NCBI GenBank assembly: GCA_964441875.1
Contig: CAYTVV010000004.1
Location: forward strand, 394-64,393
Reading direction: 5' to 3'
DNA: 64,000 nt
Origin: an uncultured Desulfurivibrio sp.
GTDB lineage: Bacteria > Desulfobacterota > Desulfobulbia > Desulfobulbales > Desulfurivibrionaceae
How positions within the stretch are numbered: the stretch's first letter is position 1; every line of letters begins with the position of its first letter. The notes beneath the pieces are model-generated. The model did not search any database. It was given only the letters and a program-made list of their open reading frames with translations, and was not told the origin of the DNA. Shown here piece by piece: positions 63,533 through 64,000 of this stretch. Position numbers and translations under genes: made by a program.

Positions 63533-64000
63533 GTCTGAGCGGAAAAATTGCCGTAGTCACCGGAGGCAGCCGGGGCATTGGCCGGGCTATCTGTCAGCGC
63601 TTGGCAGCCCAAGGCGCCATGGTCATCGTCAACTATGTGAGCAATCCTTCCGCTGCGGAAGAGACGGTGCAGAGCATCCTGAGCACGGGCGGCAAGGCCG
63701 AAGCGGTCCAGTTCAACGTCGCGGTTGCCGCAGAGATCGAAGCGGCTTTCAAGAAGATTCTTGATACCCATGGCCGGGTGGATATCCTGGTGAACAACGC
63801 CGGCATCACCAGGGACGGTCTGCTCATGAAGATGAAGGACGAGCAGTGGGACGAGGTTCTTAATACCAACCTCAAGGGCGTGTTTCTCTGCACCAAGGCG
63901 GTGAGCCGGGGTATGATGAAACAGCGGTGGGGCAGGATCATCAACATCACCTCGGTGATTGGCTTTGCCGGCAACGCCGGACAGGCCAACTACGCCGCCG
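63529..64000 (+). CDS. fabG: 3-oxoacyl-ACP reductase, 3' end cut by window edge
   Basis: Hand translation gives [21 protein letters not shown]...VNNAGITRD...NITSVIGFAGNAGQANYAA. ATGA overlap with etfA. The frame is open to the window end, so it is absent from the ORF track. Confidence 0.85.
   Translation, partial: MSLSGKIAVVTGGSRGIGRAICQRLAAQGAMVIVNYVSNPSAAEETVQSILSTGGKAEAVQFNVAVAAEIEAAFKKILDTHGRVDILVNNAGITRDGLLMKMKDEQWDEVLNTNLKGVFLCTKAVSRGMMKQRWGRIINITSVIGFAGNAGQANYAA

Noticed and set aside
1-64000. Search for CRISPR arrays, transposases, integrases, prophage blocks, toxin-antitoxin pairs and known defence-system signatures
   Set aside because: None was recognised. The only repeats are the short dispersed palindromic families reported above. 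No long ORF shows DDE, tyrosine-recombinase or serine-recombinase motifs, or nuclease/helicase defence-type motifs.

Overview
Chromosomal segment, moderately GC-rich by eye. Gene content and style resemble a Desulfobacterota (Desulfobulbales-like) anaerobe, but that is inference only. All calls rest on motif recognition and hand translation; no searches were run.

Most of the window is conserved housekeeping:
- B12-dependent nrdJ (5' truncated)
- cca, glgP, lysS, lolCE-lolD, bamA, mfd
- a SurA-like PPIase, rodZ-like, recO
- tRNA-Leu-tig-clpP-clpX-lon-tRNA-Val-tRNA-Asp
- an mla lipid-transport operon
- yceD-rpmF-plsX-fabH...fabG

Accessory or regulatory islands sit between these:
- a histidine kinase / HD-GYP response regulator pair
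- an orphan octaheme c-type cytochrome behind a near-consensus sigma-54 promoter
- a seven-gene minus-strand chemosensory-like operon (small Cys protein, short CheR, poly-HAMP MCP, CheW, REC, PAS-GAF hybrid kinase, DUF2784) with no CheA
- a PAS kinase / NarL regulator pair
- a GT2-FolE2 coupled pair

The best candidate for something new is at 44138-45990 on the minus strand. It reads promoter, cobalamin riboswitch, intrinsic terminator, a 42-codon ORF absent from the ORF track, then a radical SAM/SPASM enzyme overlapping that ORF in TAATG. This is a B12-gated RiPP-like cassette.

Other notable points:
- an acyl-CoA dehydrogenase plus ferredoxin-domain EtfBA lies between fabH and fabG where fabD is expected
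- MlaA is fused to a SPOR-like domain
- a cNMP-binding protein sits where MlaB is expected
- at least three families of short palindromic intergenic repeats lie immediately after stop codons

No CRISPR array, transposase, integrase or recognisable defence island was seen.
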